Of a stretch of 64,000 nucleotides of DNA, positions 1 through 9,770 are shown piece by piece; the stretch's first letter is position 1; each line of letters starts with the position of its first letter. Position numbers and translations under genes: made by a program. The DNA comes from an uncultured Candidatus Saccharibacteria bacterium (lineage in GTDB: Bacteria; Patescibacteriota; Dojkabacteria; SC72). The stretch covers positions 77,611 to 141,610 of the forward strand of contig CAYOME010000001.1 of the NCBI GenBank assembly GCA_964405015.1. The letters are read 5' to 3'. The notes under the pieces are model-generated. The model was not told the DNA's origin. It worked only from the letters and a program-made list of their open reading frames with translations, and did no database searches.

Positions 1-1
1 A

Positions 2-3000
2 GTTGAGGGAACAACAGAGGTTGATGAAACTTGTAATGTTTCAATTGGGAGTGGTATGTATTGCTATGATGATATTCAAGAAGCTATTAACAATGCGAAT
101 GATGGAAACACAATAAGTGTACTAGCTGGTACTTATGAGGTTACTAATAGTATTCTTGTTAACAAAGAAGTTTCAATCCTAGCTGAAAACGGTACAAAAG
201 TTATTAATATCGATACTCCTGCAAAATCTGTTTTTAGCATTACAAGAAGTAATGTAAGAATCGAGAATTTTGAAATTACTCATCAGAATTCTTTCCCGCT
301 TGATCATAATGAGATTGCTAATGCACTAATCTCAATCCCTGATAATGCGAACTTAACTAATGTTCAAATTAGAAATAACACTATTTATGGAAATTACACT
401 TCTGGAACATTACACAAAGATATGTATACAAGAGGTATTACAATTGGTAGTTCAGGAATCACAACATTTGATATATCTAACAATACTATTTCATCAGTTA
501 GAAATGGTATTGCTATTAGACAAAACAACACAGGAACAATAGATCAAAATATCATCTTTAATACAAAAGGTGGTGTAATGAACTATACTTCGAGTTTTGC
601 AGATGCCGATAACAGAGTAATAACAAACAACAATTGGACTGATATTCATAATGAGTGGGATATTGTATGGAATTCAGCAACCTACGGATTCCCTGATTAT
701 CAAAATAGTGTTATTACGCTATCTGTAAATAACAATAATGCATACGTGTTAGATCTAAGAAGAGACACGACTACAGAAGTTAAAACTCTATCTGGAAACA
801 GAACACCTGTTTTTGTAACAAAAACAGGTTCCGATATTGTTCATCAATCCACTGGAAATTTCAACGAACCTCTTGCATCAATTCAATTCGCAATTGAGAA
901 AGTTGCACACAACGGTAAAATTTACGTTAAAAATGGGGAATATGAAGAACAAGTTCTTCTTTCAAATAAAAATGTATCTATTATTGGAGAATCAGAAGGT
1001 AATACTAAAATCATAAGTCCCGCATCAATAGTTACAACATTTGAAAACTTAAAACCAGTAATTTCAACTTCCTTCGCAAAATTAGATTTAGAAAACATTA
1101 CAATTGACGGGCTAGGTCGAGGTAATGCCAATTATAGAATGGTAGGTATTGGTTTACAAAATTCTTTCGCCAATTTAAATAATGTCACAATCGTAAATAT
1201 AAAAGAAACACCCGCGAATGGTAATCAACACGGAGTAGGTATGTATGTATATAATTCCGACGGTATAGAGAGAATTGTTTCATTGGAATCTTTAACAGTT
1301 CATGACTATCAAAAGAACGGGTTTGTTTTTAGAGGTCAAGGATTAGTTGCAAACATTACTAATTCTCTAGTAGCTGGTCTCGGAGATATTGATTTTATTG
1401 CCCAAAATGGAATCCAATATGGAGAAGGAGCAACTGGTACTATTCAAAATAATGAAGTTTACGGAAACCTCTATACACCACAATCTTGGTCAGCCACAGG
1501 AATCCTTCTTTATAACGCTGGTAATGATTTAAAGATACAAAACAACAATATTCATAATAATGGTTGGGGAGGAATATATATATCTGGATCTGGAAACAAT
1601 CTTCAGGTATTAGATAATCATATTCATGACAATCTTGGAGATGGATTAATCTTCCAAAGTGGTTCATACGAGAACTCTTTGGTTAAAGGTAACACAATAG
1701 AGAATAATGATAACGGTATTTGGATGGATACTGGGATTTCACCAACGTTACTTGTTACTGAAAATTTCTTTAATAACACAGAATTAAATGCTTCTGATGA
1801 AGGTTCCTACTTCCTTGATAACGGCTTAAAAGGCAATTACTGGAGTGACTATACAGGCTTTGATTTAAATGGTGATGGTATTGGTGAACCACCATATCAA
1901 ATAGACTCAGACTCTTCGGATAGATATCCTCTAACAGAGCAATACTTATCAGCGAAGGTAAACAATGTAAAAGCAAATACTGATTATTACAAAAAGGGAG
2001 ATATACTTTCAGTTGAGGTTGAAGTAACTAATAATGGAAACATACCTTTGGACCCAACAAAAGAGAACTTAGTAATAAATATTACAAGACCAAATGGAAC
2101 ATATATAAGTGGTACATTCAGAGGAAAAGTATTATTAGACTTACAACCTGGTGAAACAAGATTAATTCAGTTCTACTCTACTGAACAGGCAATACCAGAA
2201 GATTGGGTAGATGGTACATATACAATACATACTTCCATATACAGTCAGAGGACTACACCTTTGAATTATCTCGTTGGAGGACAAAACTCATCCGAAACTT
2301 TCATTGTTGATTCAACAAAACCTAGTACTCCTGTAGTATTTGGATACAAAGATCCAAATACTTCTTGTGGCGGATTTACTACGAATAAAGTCACGACAGT
2401 TGATTGGTCAGATTCTTCAGATACAGGATCTTCGATAAAGGGTTACCAATATCAAATTAATTATCCTACAACAAACTCTTCAAGAGGTCTTTGGACAACC
2501 TTCTTTACTAATTCCGAATATAGAGGATCACTTAATGAGGGATCCCACTATATAAGGGTCCGAGCTCAAGACTTAGCTGGCAACTGGAGTGACTGGAGTC
2601 AGGAATGGACTAATCCTTCTAATTTAACATCCTTAGAAAAACAACAAAATTGTTCTATTACCTTAGATACCATCGTACCTCAAGCACCAACAAATCTTTA
2701 CTTCTGGGATGTAGACAATGCAAAAGCAGTACAATGCGGTGGATATAGTAATACAAGGCATATTAATGAACATTGGGATCCTTCTTCTGATGTAAATCTT
2801 AGTCACTACGAATATTCCTCCTTCAATGCTCCAAATGGGGTCGCAGGTCTTGTGAATAAAGTTCTTTTAACAAACTACTTTGATAGCTCATGGTGGAATA
2901 TACCTAAAGAAGGAACATATGGATTCCAGGTTAGGACGGTAGATCTAGCAGGCAATACTTCCCCTTTTGCTCTAACTAATGAATATGGATTTGAAAACAG

Positions 3001-4567
3001 TTGTAAGATAACAATCGATTGGACAGCACCATATGTAGAAATTACAAATCCTTCAAACAATCAATACGTGAAGGGTTCTGTAGACTTCAGAGGAACAGTT
3101 CAGGATACAAACCTCTACAGATACTATTACAGTATTCAAAATACTAAATCTGATACTCTCTATCCATCTGAATCCTTTGAAGACCTCTCCATATATCAAT
3201 GGAATACAACAGAAAAACCAGATGGAATATATGAGCTAAGACTTGAAGCAAGAGATCTAGCAAATAATAAAGATAACAATATCTCAGTAGAGTCAATAAA
3301 AGTTACAGTCGACAACACACTTCCAACAGTATCTCTCATAGATGACTTTACAATATTAGAAGGCTCTACAATACCTACAAAAGAAGTACTAGTAAAAGAC
3401 AACTATGAAATCTCTCAACTCTGTTACTCAATCACAAGTGATATTGGAGATATCTCAGAAAGATGTATTTCCCCATCTACAAGTACAAATGAATGGAATT
3501 TAGATTTCACAAATACAATATTAACACTCCTAAATACCGAATTCGGTATAACTACAATAGTAGCAGATACATCAATATTACCTGAAGGAGAATACTCAAT
3601 ATCTTACTACAGTGAAGATATGGCAGGGAATAAATCTGTTGAAGAAGAAACTGTTGTTACAATATCCAATGTATTACCAAACCTAATATTCTCATCCGAT
3701 AAGACTACTCTTGTAGAAGGAAACAATGTCATATTTAATGGACAATTTACTGATCCAGGACAAGATGACAAAGATTGGTCATACAGACTCTCTTTTGGAG
3801 ATTTAACCGCAGATATATTAGGAACAACATCTACTAATGGAAATATCATTATCAATACCTCACACACATACAACACACCAGGAACATATACAGCACAATT
3901 AGAAATCTGTGAACAAGGAGGGCTATGTACAACTTCAAATATATTGATAACTGTTAATCCGTTGATTGTAGAATCAGGAGAAGTAGCAGGAGTTACTACT
4001 ACAACGAAACCTAAAACAATACTCAAGACTCTTACAACAGTAGTTACAGATATCTTAGGTATCGGTGGAGATGAAGATGAAAAACCAGAAGAAGAATCAG
4101 ACCTTTTGGATGAGAACACATCTGAAGTAAAAGGATCTCAAACATGCGATAACCCATCAAAGATCTCAGGATATATATATCAAGACAAAGATGAGAACGG
4201 TAAAATGGATGAGAAAGAAAAGAGATATTCAGATATATCTGTAAGAATATATACAAAGATAGATGAAAAAGAAGAAACTATTAAAAATATTAAAACAGAT
4301 GACAATGGATATTGGGAAACAACCCTTTGCTCAGGAAGATATTTTGTAGAAGCAGATAAAGGTAATTTACCAAACAATTTCGATATACAAGAAAACGTTT
4401 TAGGTATAGATGTACAAGCAGAAGAAGATACAACTTTAGATTTTACTGTAACAGATGAAAGAAACTTCTTACAAAAATATTGGCTTTGGTTGTTAGTAGC
4501 TCTTACCTTAGTAGGAGGTATTGGAATATTAGTAAGCGATTCAAAGAAGAAAAAATCATACGCATAG
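2..4567 (+). CDS. Giant secreted or surface-anchored protein, 5'-truncated by the window edge. It has parallel beta-helix (NosD/PbH1-like) repeats, a PKD-like domain, an acidic linker, an SdrD-B/Cna-B-like domain and a C-terminal TM anchor.
   Basis: The ORF is open from the window start in the frame that begins at position 2. Repeated 'NNxIxxN...GI' beta-helix motifs are present. A PKD consensus reads 'SHTYNTPGTYTAQLEI'. The sequence carries an acidic D/E-rich linker and ends in a hydrophobic helix followed by a KKKK tail. Confidence 0.7.
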   Translation, partial: VEGTTEVDETCNVSIGSGMYCYDDIQEAINNANDGNTISVLAGTYEVTNSILVNKEVSILAENGTKVINIDTPAKSVFSITRSNVRIENFEITHQNSFPLDHNEIANALISIPDNANLTNVQIRNNTIYGNYTSGTLHKDMYTRGITIGSSGITTFDISNNTISSVRNGIAIRQNNTGTIDQNIIFNTKGGVMNYTSSFADADNRVITNNNWTDIHNEWDIVWNSATYGFPDYQNSVITLSVNNNNAYVLDLRRDTTTEVKTLSGNRTPVFVTKTGSDIVHQSTGNFNEPLASIQFAIEKVAHNGKIYVKNGEYEEQVLLSNKNVSIIGESEGNTKIISPASIVTTFENLKPVISTSFAKLDLENITIDGLGRGNANYRMVGIGLQNSFANLNNVTIVNIKETPANGNQHGVGMYVYNSDGIERIVSLESLTVHDYQKNGFVFRGQGLVANITNSLVAGLGDIDFIAQNGIQYGEGATGTIQNNEVYGNLYTPQSWSATGILLYNAGNDLKIQNNNIHNNGWGGIYISGSGNNLQVLDNHIHDNLGDGLIFQSGSYENSLVKGNTIENNDNGIWMDTGISPTLLVTENFFNNTELNASDEGSYFLDNGLKGNYWSDYTGFDLNGDGIGEPPYQIDSDSSDRYPLTEQYLSAKVNNVKANTDYYKKGDILSVEVEVTNNGNIPLDPTKENLVINITRPNGTYISGTFRGKVLLDLQPGETRLIQFYSTEQAIPEDWVDGTYTIHTSIYSQRTTPLNYLVGGQNSSETFIVDSTKPSTPVVFGYKDPNTSCGGFTTNKVTTVDWSDSSDTGSSIKGYQYQINYPTTNSSRGLWTTFFTNSEYRGSLNEGSHYIRVRAQDLAGNWSDWSQEWTNPSNLTSLEKQQNCSITLDTIVPQAPTNLYFWDVDNAKAVQCGGYSNTRHINEHWDPSSDVNLSHYEYSSFNAPNGVAGLVNKVLLTNYFDSSWWNIPKEGTYGFQVRTVDLAGNTSPFALTNEYGFENSCKITIDWTAPYVEITNPSNNQYVKGSVDFRGTVQDTNLYRYYYSIQNTKSDTLYPSESFEDLSIYQWNTTEKPDGIYELRLEARDLANNKDNNISVESIKVTVDNTLPTVSLIDDFTILEGSTIPTKEVLVKDNYEISQLCYSITSDIGDISERCISPSTSTNEWNLDFTNTILTLLNTEFGITTIVADTSILPEGEYSISYYSEDMAGNKSVEEETVVTISNVLPNLIFSSDKTTLVEGNNVIFNGQFTDPGQDDKDWSYRLSFGDLTADILGTTSTNGNIIINTSHTYNTPGTYTAQLEICEQGGLCTTSNILITVNPLIVESGEVAGVTTTTKPKTILKTLTTVVTDILGIGGDEDEKPEEESDLLDENTSEVKGSQTCDNPSKISGYIYQDKDENGKMDEKEKRYSDISVRIYTKIDEKEETIKNIKTDDNGYWETTLCSGRYFVEADKGNLPNNFDIQENVLGIDVQAEEDTTLDFTVTDERNFLQKYWLWLLVALTLVGGIGILVSDSKKKKSYA

Positions 4568-4573
4568 GGATAT

Positions 4574-4596
4574 AGAGGGTAGGATATCTACCCTCT
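4574..4596 (+). terminator. Probable intrinsic terminator hairpin downstream of the giant surface protein gene
   Basis: Perfect 9-bp stem AGAGGGTAG/CTACCCTCT with a 5-nt loop, lying 7 nt after the stop codon. The following U-tract is weak (GUAUUA). Confidence 0.4.
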
Positions 4597-4657
4597 GTAT
4601 TACAACCGATATTCAATGTAAAATATCCATATATATTAAAGTATTAGAAATATAGAT

Positions 4658-5332
4658 ATGCTTTTTGACACATCATATATACTGTTCATGATTCCCGCAT
4701 TCATATTAGCAATAGCTGCACAGATATGGATAACCTCATCATACAAAAAATATTCTAAACTACACCCAGGAACATCATTTACTGGTAAAGATGCTGCAGA
4801 AACAATAAATAAGGGAGAGAACTTCAATGTAGATATCCAAATATATGGACAATCCTTAGGAGATAACTTTGATCCAAGAAAAAATCTTGTAACTCTCTCT
4901 GCCTCCTCACTAGACTCTTCTGTAGCACAAATCGCTGTAGTAGCTCACGAGTTTGGTCATGTACAACAGAAGTATCAAAATTCCGCTATCTTTAATTTCA
5001 GAAATGGATTAGTACCTGTTGTTAATATTGGATCCCAATTAGGATATATATTGATAATTGTGGGGTTAATATTAAATATATTAGTAATAGCAGAAGTAGG
5101 TGTTCTTCTTTTCTCTTTAACTGCAATATTTGCTTTGATTACATTACCCATAGAGATTGATGCAAGTAAAAGAGCTTTAAAATTAATTACTAAGTACAAC
5201 TTGATAGAGGGAAGTAGAATAGATGGAGCAAAATCAGTATTGTATGCTGCAGCTACAACATATTTTGCATCCCTAGTAACATCAATACTAAATGTCTTGT
5301 ACTATGTATCCTTGATTAACAGAAGGAATTAG
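4658..5332 (+). CDS. Membrane zinc metallopeptidase (HExxH; Zn_peptidase_2-like)
   Basis: 'VVAHEFGHVQQ' HExxH motif flanked by TM helices; length ~224 aa is typical for the family. Confidence 0.6.
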   Translation: MLFDTSYILFMIPAFILAIAAQIWITSSYKKYSKLHPGTSFTGKDAAETINKGENFNVDIQIYGQSLGDNFDPRKNLVTLSASSLDSSVAQIAVVAHEFGHVQQKYQNSAIFNFRNGLVPVVNIGSQLGYILIIVGLILNILVIAEVGVLLFSLTAIFALITLPIEIDASKRALKLITKYNLIEGSRIDGAKSVLYAAATTYFASLVTSILNVLYYVSLINRRN

Positions 5333-5341
5333 ATATAATAA

Positions 5342-5356
5342 TTTGAGGGAACTTAA
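5342..5356 (+). repeat. 15-mer TTTGAGGGAACTTAA, copy 1, immediately upstream of the glmS ribozyme
   Basis: Identical 15-mer recurs at 38253-38267. An AT-rich -10-like hexamer (TATACT) follows directly. Confidence 0.5.
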
Positions 5357-5363
5357 TATACTT

Positions 5364-5498
5364 AAGCGACTGGGTATACGTATGTATACAACGAGGAGAA
5401 GGATATCGAAATAATCAGCGGGTACCTTCAGGTTGTTGTAACAACCTAAAGATGATCTACAAAGGATACAAAAGGATCACTCATTACATTCCCATATA
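5364..5498 (+). ncRNA. glmS-rz: glmS ribozyme (GlcN6P-responsive self-cleaving riboswitch) in the glmS 5' leader
   Basis: Sits directly upstream of the glmS start codon. The core 'ACGAGGAGAAGGAUAUCGAAAUAAUCAGCGGGUACCUUC' matches the conserved glmS ribozyme core (GACGAGGAuGGAGGuuAUCGAAuuuuCGGCGGAUGCCUCC). The P2.1 pair covaries: GAAGG/CCUUC here versus GGAGG/CCUCC in the consensus. A P3 hairpin GGUUGUUguaAACAACC follows, and an AGCG cleavage-site motif lies at 5365/5366. Confidence 0.7.
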
Positions 5499-5523
5499 CA
5501 ACTAAAATATTACTACTACACAT

Positions 5524-7290
5524 ATGTGCGGTATTTTTGGATACATGGGAAATTCAAATGCCCAATCAATAATTCATCATGGATTAAAAAGGTTAGAATA
5601 TAGAGGATATGACTCATGGGGTATAAGTGTAATAGAGGACGGTAAAATACATACAGACAAGAATACAGGAGAGATACCAAAACAATATATACCACAAAAA
5701 TCTTCTAATATTGGAATAGGGCATACAAGATGGGCAACACATGGAGGAGTAACAATTACAAATGCTCATCCGCATTACTCATCTGATATGAGCTTCTCAT
5801 TAGCTCAAAACGGTATAGTAGAGAACTACATTTCACTTAAAACAATGTTAATTAAAAATGGATATACCTTTTCAACTGAAGTAGATACAGAAGTAATTGT
5901 AAAACTAATTGAAGATCATCTCTCTAATTCACAAAATCTAAAACAAGCATTAATCTCCTCCTTCAAACAACTCGAAGGTAGAAACACTGTCATACTGCTT
6001 GATAGTAAAAGTAATCAAATATATGCCATTAGAAATGGAAGCCCTTTAATATTAGGAATTGGGGAGGAAGATATATATATAGCATCTGATCCATTAGCAT
6101 TCAATCAATATTGTAAAAAAATAGTAGAGATAGATAATGGTGAATTAGTAGAAATAGAGTATAAACAATACAAAATATTTGATATATCAAATAATAAATA
6201 TATTAATAGGGTACCCAAATCGATTGATTACCTTGATACAGAAGTTTCTAAAGGAATATATGATGATTACATGATTAAGGAAATAATAGAACAGAAACAT
6301 ACAATATTAACAGCAACCCAATACACACAAAAAGATCTATTAACCTTAATAACACAGATTAAAAAATCAAATACAGTATATACAATAGGAGCAGGTACTG
6401 CTGGATACAGTGCTGATCAAGTAGCCTACTATTTAAGGAAGATATCAAATATTAAGGCAATTTCTGTAAAACCATATGAGATAGAATCATATATAGAATT
6501 GATAGATAAAGATGATACCGTTCTTGCTTTCTCTCAAAGTGGAGAAACTGCAGATACATTAGAAGTAATCGAAACACTTAAACAAAAAGGTACATATATA
6601 TCAAGTGTAATAAATATGCCCAGCTCAACCCTCGAGAGACTCTCTGATAGTGTCTATATGTCCAATGCAGGTAGTGAAATATGCGTAGCCTCTACAAAGG
6701 TATTTACATCTCAAATATCATTTGGGTATCTTTTAGCTATGTGTCTTGCTGATAAATATTCTTTAGCTAAAAAAGAACTAAGTACACTATCATCAAATTT
6801 AGAAATATTCTTTTCTAAACAAATGTTAAAAAAGATAGAGAATATTTCAAAAGAATTGGTAAAACAAGAACACTTCTTTATTCTTGGTAAAGGTCAAAAC
6901 TTCCATATAGCACAGGAAGGAGCATTAAAGATAAAGGAAATATCGTACAAACATTTTGAAGGCTTTGCAGCAGGAGAACTAAAACATGGAGTAATAGCAT
7001 TAATAGAGAAGGGTACTCCAGTCATCTCTATCATTTCAAATGATGAAAACAAAAAGGATTTAATATCTGCTACTCAACAAGTTAAAGCCAGAGGAGCTTT
7101 AACAATAGGGATTGGTGATAAACAGGAAGAGAATTGTTTTGATTTTTTCATAGAAGTGCCAGATACTGATACTCTGAAATCAATATCTAATGTCATACCC
7201 TTACAACTTCTTTCATATTACATATCAAAGAAATTGGGTAATAATATAGATAAGCCAAGGAACTTAGCTAAGTCTGTAACAGTAAAGTAG
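5524..7290 (+). CDS. glmS: Glutamine--fructose-6-phosphate aminotransferase (GlcN6P synthase)
   Basis: Starts 'MCGIxG' with the Cys2 nucleophile. It has an N-terminal class-II glutamine amidotransferase domain followed by two SIS domains, and is ~588 aa. Confidence 0.95.
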   Translation: MCGIFGYMGNSNAQSIIHHGLKRLEYRGYDSWGISVIEDGKIHTDKNTGEIPKQYIPQKSSNIGIGHTRWATHGGVTITNAHPHYSSDMSFSLAQNGIVENYISLKTMLIKNGYTFSTEVDTEVIVKLIEDHLSNSQNLKQALISSFKQLEGRNTVILLDSKSNQIYAIRNGSPLILGIGEEDIYIASDPLAFNQYCKKIVEIDNGELVEIEYKQYKIFDISNNKYINRVPKSIDYLDTEVSKGIYDDYMIKEIIEQKHTILTATQYTQKDLLTLITQIKKSNTVYTIGAGTAGYSADQVAYYLRKISNIKAISVKPYEIESYIELIDKDDTVLAFSQSGETADTLEVIETLKQKGTYISSVINMPSSTLERLSDSVYMSNAGSEICVASTKVFTSQISFGYLLAMCLADKYSLAKKELSTLSSNLEIFFSKQMLKKIENISKELVKQEHFFILGKGQNFHIAQEGALKIKEISYKHFEGFAAGELKHGVIALIEKGTPVISIISNDENKKDLISATQQVKARGALTIGIGDKQEENCFDFFIEVPDTDTLKSISNVIPLQLLSYYISKKLGNNIDKPRNLAKSVTVK

Positions 7291-7292
7291 GG

Positions 7293-8006
7293 CTATAAAT
7301 CCTTAACAAGAGAATATCTAAATGCCTTTTTATGAAAGTCCGCTCTGTATAAACCAATATTAAGAGTATTTTCTACAAAATCAGGAGTAACTTGTTCATC
7401 TGTAATGTTCTCGACATTTGAGGGTGTTTTGTCTGTTCTAATTAATAACCATAATTTGTCAGTAACCAATCCGGTCATAATGGCCTTAGAATTTACTAAT
7501 GCTTTAATATCTTGGGCAGAAAAGAAATTGTAGAAGATATGACCATCTTCACGAACATGTTTAGGATGTGTATGTATATTGAATAGATATTGTACTTCTA
7601 AAGCCTTAGGTACATTTTTGTGATATACATCCTTCCTTTTTAGTAGTTTTCCATCAAGGTATAGCTCTTTACGAGCATACTGTTTTTTAAGAGGATGATG
7701 AGAATACTTTACTTGAATACTACCTCCACTTTTGACCATCTTGTCTGAACCAGTATTTACTTCTGTTAATACAACTTCACCATCAGCCCAAAATACAGAG
7801 AAAGCTCTTTCTAGTCCATCCTTGTATGTTTTGTTGTATATATTAATAAGATCATCCCAGAAATCGGAAGGAAACTGTATAGCCTTTGGAAGATTGTATG
7901 GATATGGATATAGATTAGACGATCTTAAATCAACAATCTTTCTATACAATTGTAAAAAGGTAGTAGTCTCAATTCTAGAACTAAATAAAAAATCAAAAAT
8001 TCCCAT
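7293..8006 (-). CDS. Hypothetical protein with a RadC/JAB-like (MPN+) motif
   Basis: 'IHTHP...SAQDIKAL' resembles the JAB HxH...SxxD motif of RadC-like proteins, but the spacer is longer than usual; the N-terminal half is unknown. Confidence 0.4.
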   Translation of the reverse strand: MGIFDFLFSSRIETTTFLQLYRKIVDLRSSNLYPYPYNLPKAIQFPSDFWDDLINIYNKTYKDGLERAFSVFWADGEVVLTEVNTGSDKMVKSGGSIQVKYSHHPLKKQYARKELYLDGKLLKRKDVYHKNVPKALEVQYLFNIHTHPKHVREDGHIFYNFFSAQDIKALVNSKAIMTGLVTDKLWLLIRTDKTPSNVENITDEQVTPDFVENTLNIGLYRADFHKKAFRYSLVKDL

Positions 8007-8026
8007 GTATTAATATATCATATATA

Positions 8027-9760
8027 TTACCAGGAACCACCACCAGAACCACCACCACCGCCTCCTGAACTACCTCCACCACCAAAGCCACTACCTCCAG
8101 AACTCCAACCACCTGAACTATATCCACCACCACTACCATATGATGGAGAAGGGGTATTGTATGAGCTTGGACTGTTTAATCTGTTCAATGAATCAGCAAG
8201 ATATATTGCATTGAAAGTATTAAAGTTACCGTCATACCATGTAGGCTCTTGAGTATATATATCTTCGAATTCTTTTGCCCATTTCTTCTCTAAACCGAAG
8301 ATAATGGCATATGGAAGTAATTTTTCAAATATACCTTTGTATTTCTCCGGATCATTATGAAACTCTATCCTATGCTTTTCAGCTGTATTAATGTACATCT
8401 TCAAACCCTCTAAGTAGTAATATTTCTTGTTACCATCTACAGATCTATGATCAATTGTAGATGCAAAGATAAAGAAAAGAATACCACTAAAGAATATTCC
8501 TAATCCCCATCCCAAAAGAGCATATTGAATAACAAATGACATTCCAAAAAGAATACCAAAGACTAATATAACACCAAACAAGACATACTTGTTTCTTAAA
8601 GAAAGATTCTTCTTTGAGATTAAATTTTTGTTTTTAAGAGATACCTGTCCATCAAGAAATGCCATTTGAGAAATACTAAAGAAATTTGTAAATTCCTTTA
8701 GTTTAACAGTATTTTCCTTCTCAAAAAGCTTTTTTAGAAACAATTGTGCAGAAGAAGAAAGAGTAGAAGCATCTTTTTCTAAGTTCTCTATCTCATATCT
8801 ATTCTTCTTAACCTCAATAATTTTAATATATCCACCAATAGCTAATTCAATCATTAGTGCAGTAATATGCTTTGTATTGTATTTGTTCTCAAGCAATATC
8901 CCAGAAAGTAAAGAATCCATATCCTTCTCTGGTTCATAGTTAGGAATTACAGTAATCTTTTCATTTTCATATTTCTTCTTAAGAAAACCAAAAAGAAATA
9001 TACCCAATGGAATAGGTAGGACAATACCAATATTGGAAATAATAGCTAACCATATCTGATCCTTTGTAGTATCTTCTAAAATACCTTTCTCTAACTTAAC
9101 AGCAAAGGTATACCCCTCATATGGTTGTAATGTAGTATTAGGTCTAACAACAATATTTTGATCAGAGATATTTTCAATAGTACAATCTTGAGAATCAGAA
9201 TCCATCGACCCTGTAAAACAGATACTCTCTAAGACCTTACCTGGAAGTAGAATATTGGCAGATGCTTTTTCAATAGGCATGGACCAACCAGGACCAATGA
9301 TATTTAAATATACCTCATCATTCTCTTCAAAATATGAAATACCTGAATACTTAAGAGTATATTTAATAACATATGTATATGTACCCTGTATATATTTATC
9401 TGGATCACCAATTCTTAACTTAGCCCAACCACTCTCATCAGACCTTGTGTACATATTGTATGTTTTTAAGGAAGGATTAGAAGTAGGGTAGTAATATACC
9501 TCATCAATAACTAAGGGGGTATTTCTTCTAAATAACTTTACAGAATATACATATGGTACTTCCCATTCAATACCATGCTTGTAACCTGAAGGATCAAAAG
9601 TAATTTCTTCTACAATATTAGTAGTAGCATCACTATTAACTTTAATATTACTCTTAAATTCTAATATCCTATCACCCTCACTCTGCGCAAAAACAGGATT
9701 AACAAAAAAGAATGATCCAATTAAAGCTAAAGAGAGAAGAAAGATTCTTACATTCTTCAT
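8027..9760 (-). CDS. DUF2207-family membrane protein with a Gly/Ser-rich C-terminal tail
   Basis: It has a signal peptide, a large extracytoplasmic domain, TM helices and a terminal tail 'GGGSSGGGGGGSGGGSW'. It sits adjacent to LemA, the usual LemA-DUF2207 pairing. Confidence 0.6.
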   Translation of the reverse strand: MKNVRIFLLSLALIGSFFFVNPVFAQSEGDRILEFKSNIKVNSDATTNIVEEITFDPSGYKHGIEWEVPYVYSVKLFRRNTPLVIDEVYYYPTSNPSLKTYNMYTRSDESGWAKLRIGDPDKYIQGTYTYVIKYTLKYSGISYFEENDEVYLNIIGPGWSMPIEKASANILLPGKVLESICFTGSMDSDSQDCTIENISDQNIVVRPNTTLQPYEGYTFAVKLEKGILEDTTKDQIWLAIISNIGIVLPIPLGIFLFGFLKKKYENEKITVIPNYEPEKDMDSLLSGILLENKYNTKHITALMIELAIGGYIKIIEVKKNRYEIENLEKDASTLSSSAQLFLKKLFEKENTVKLKEFTNFFSISQMAFLDGQVSLKNKNLISKKNLSLRNKYVLFGVILVFGILFGMSFVIQYALLGWGLGIFFSGILFFIFASTIDHRSVDGNKKYYYLEGLKMYINTAEKHRIEFHNDPEKYKGIFEKLLPYAIIFGLEKKWAKEFEDIYTQEPTWYDGNFNTFNAIYLADSLNRLNSPSSYNTPSPSYGSGGGYSSGGWSSGGSGFGGGGSSGGGGGGSGGGSW

Positions 9761-9770
9761 CTATATATCC

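Noticed and set aside
1-15. Third copy of the TTGAGGGAAC motif at the window start
   Set aside because: It lies inside the open reading frame of the giant surface protein (coding V-E-G-T), and only 10 of the 15 nt match. It is probably coincidental.
360-5199. Numerous 60-170-aa ORFs on the opposite strand inside the giant protein genes and other long genes, e.g. 3607-4119 (-), 53690-54037 (-), 13006-13362 (-) and 16927-17448 (+)
   Set aside because: They fall antisense to, or in shadow frames of, much longer well-supported CDSs. They have low-complexity or biased compositions typical of spurious ORFs in AT-rich DNA.
8027-8130. Short GGT/GGA-type repeats that could be mistaken for a repeat array or CRISPR
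   Set aside because: They encode the Gly/Ser-rich C-terminal tail of the DUF2207 protein. There are no spacer-repeat periodicity and no cas genes.
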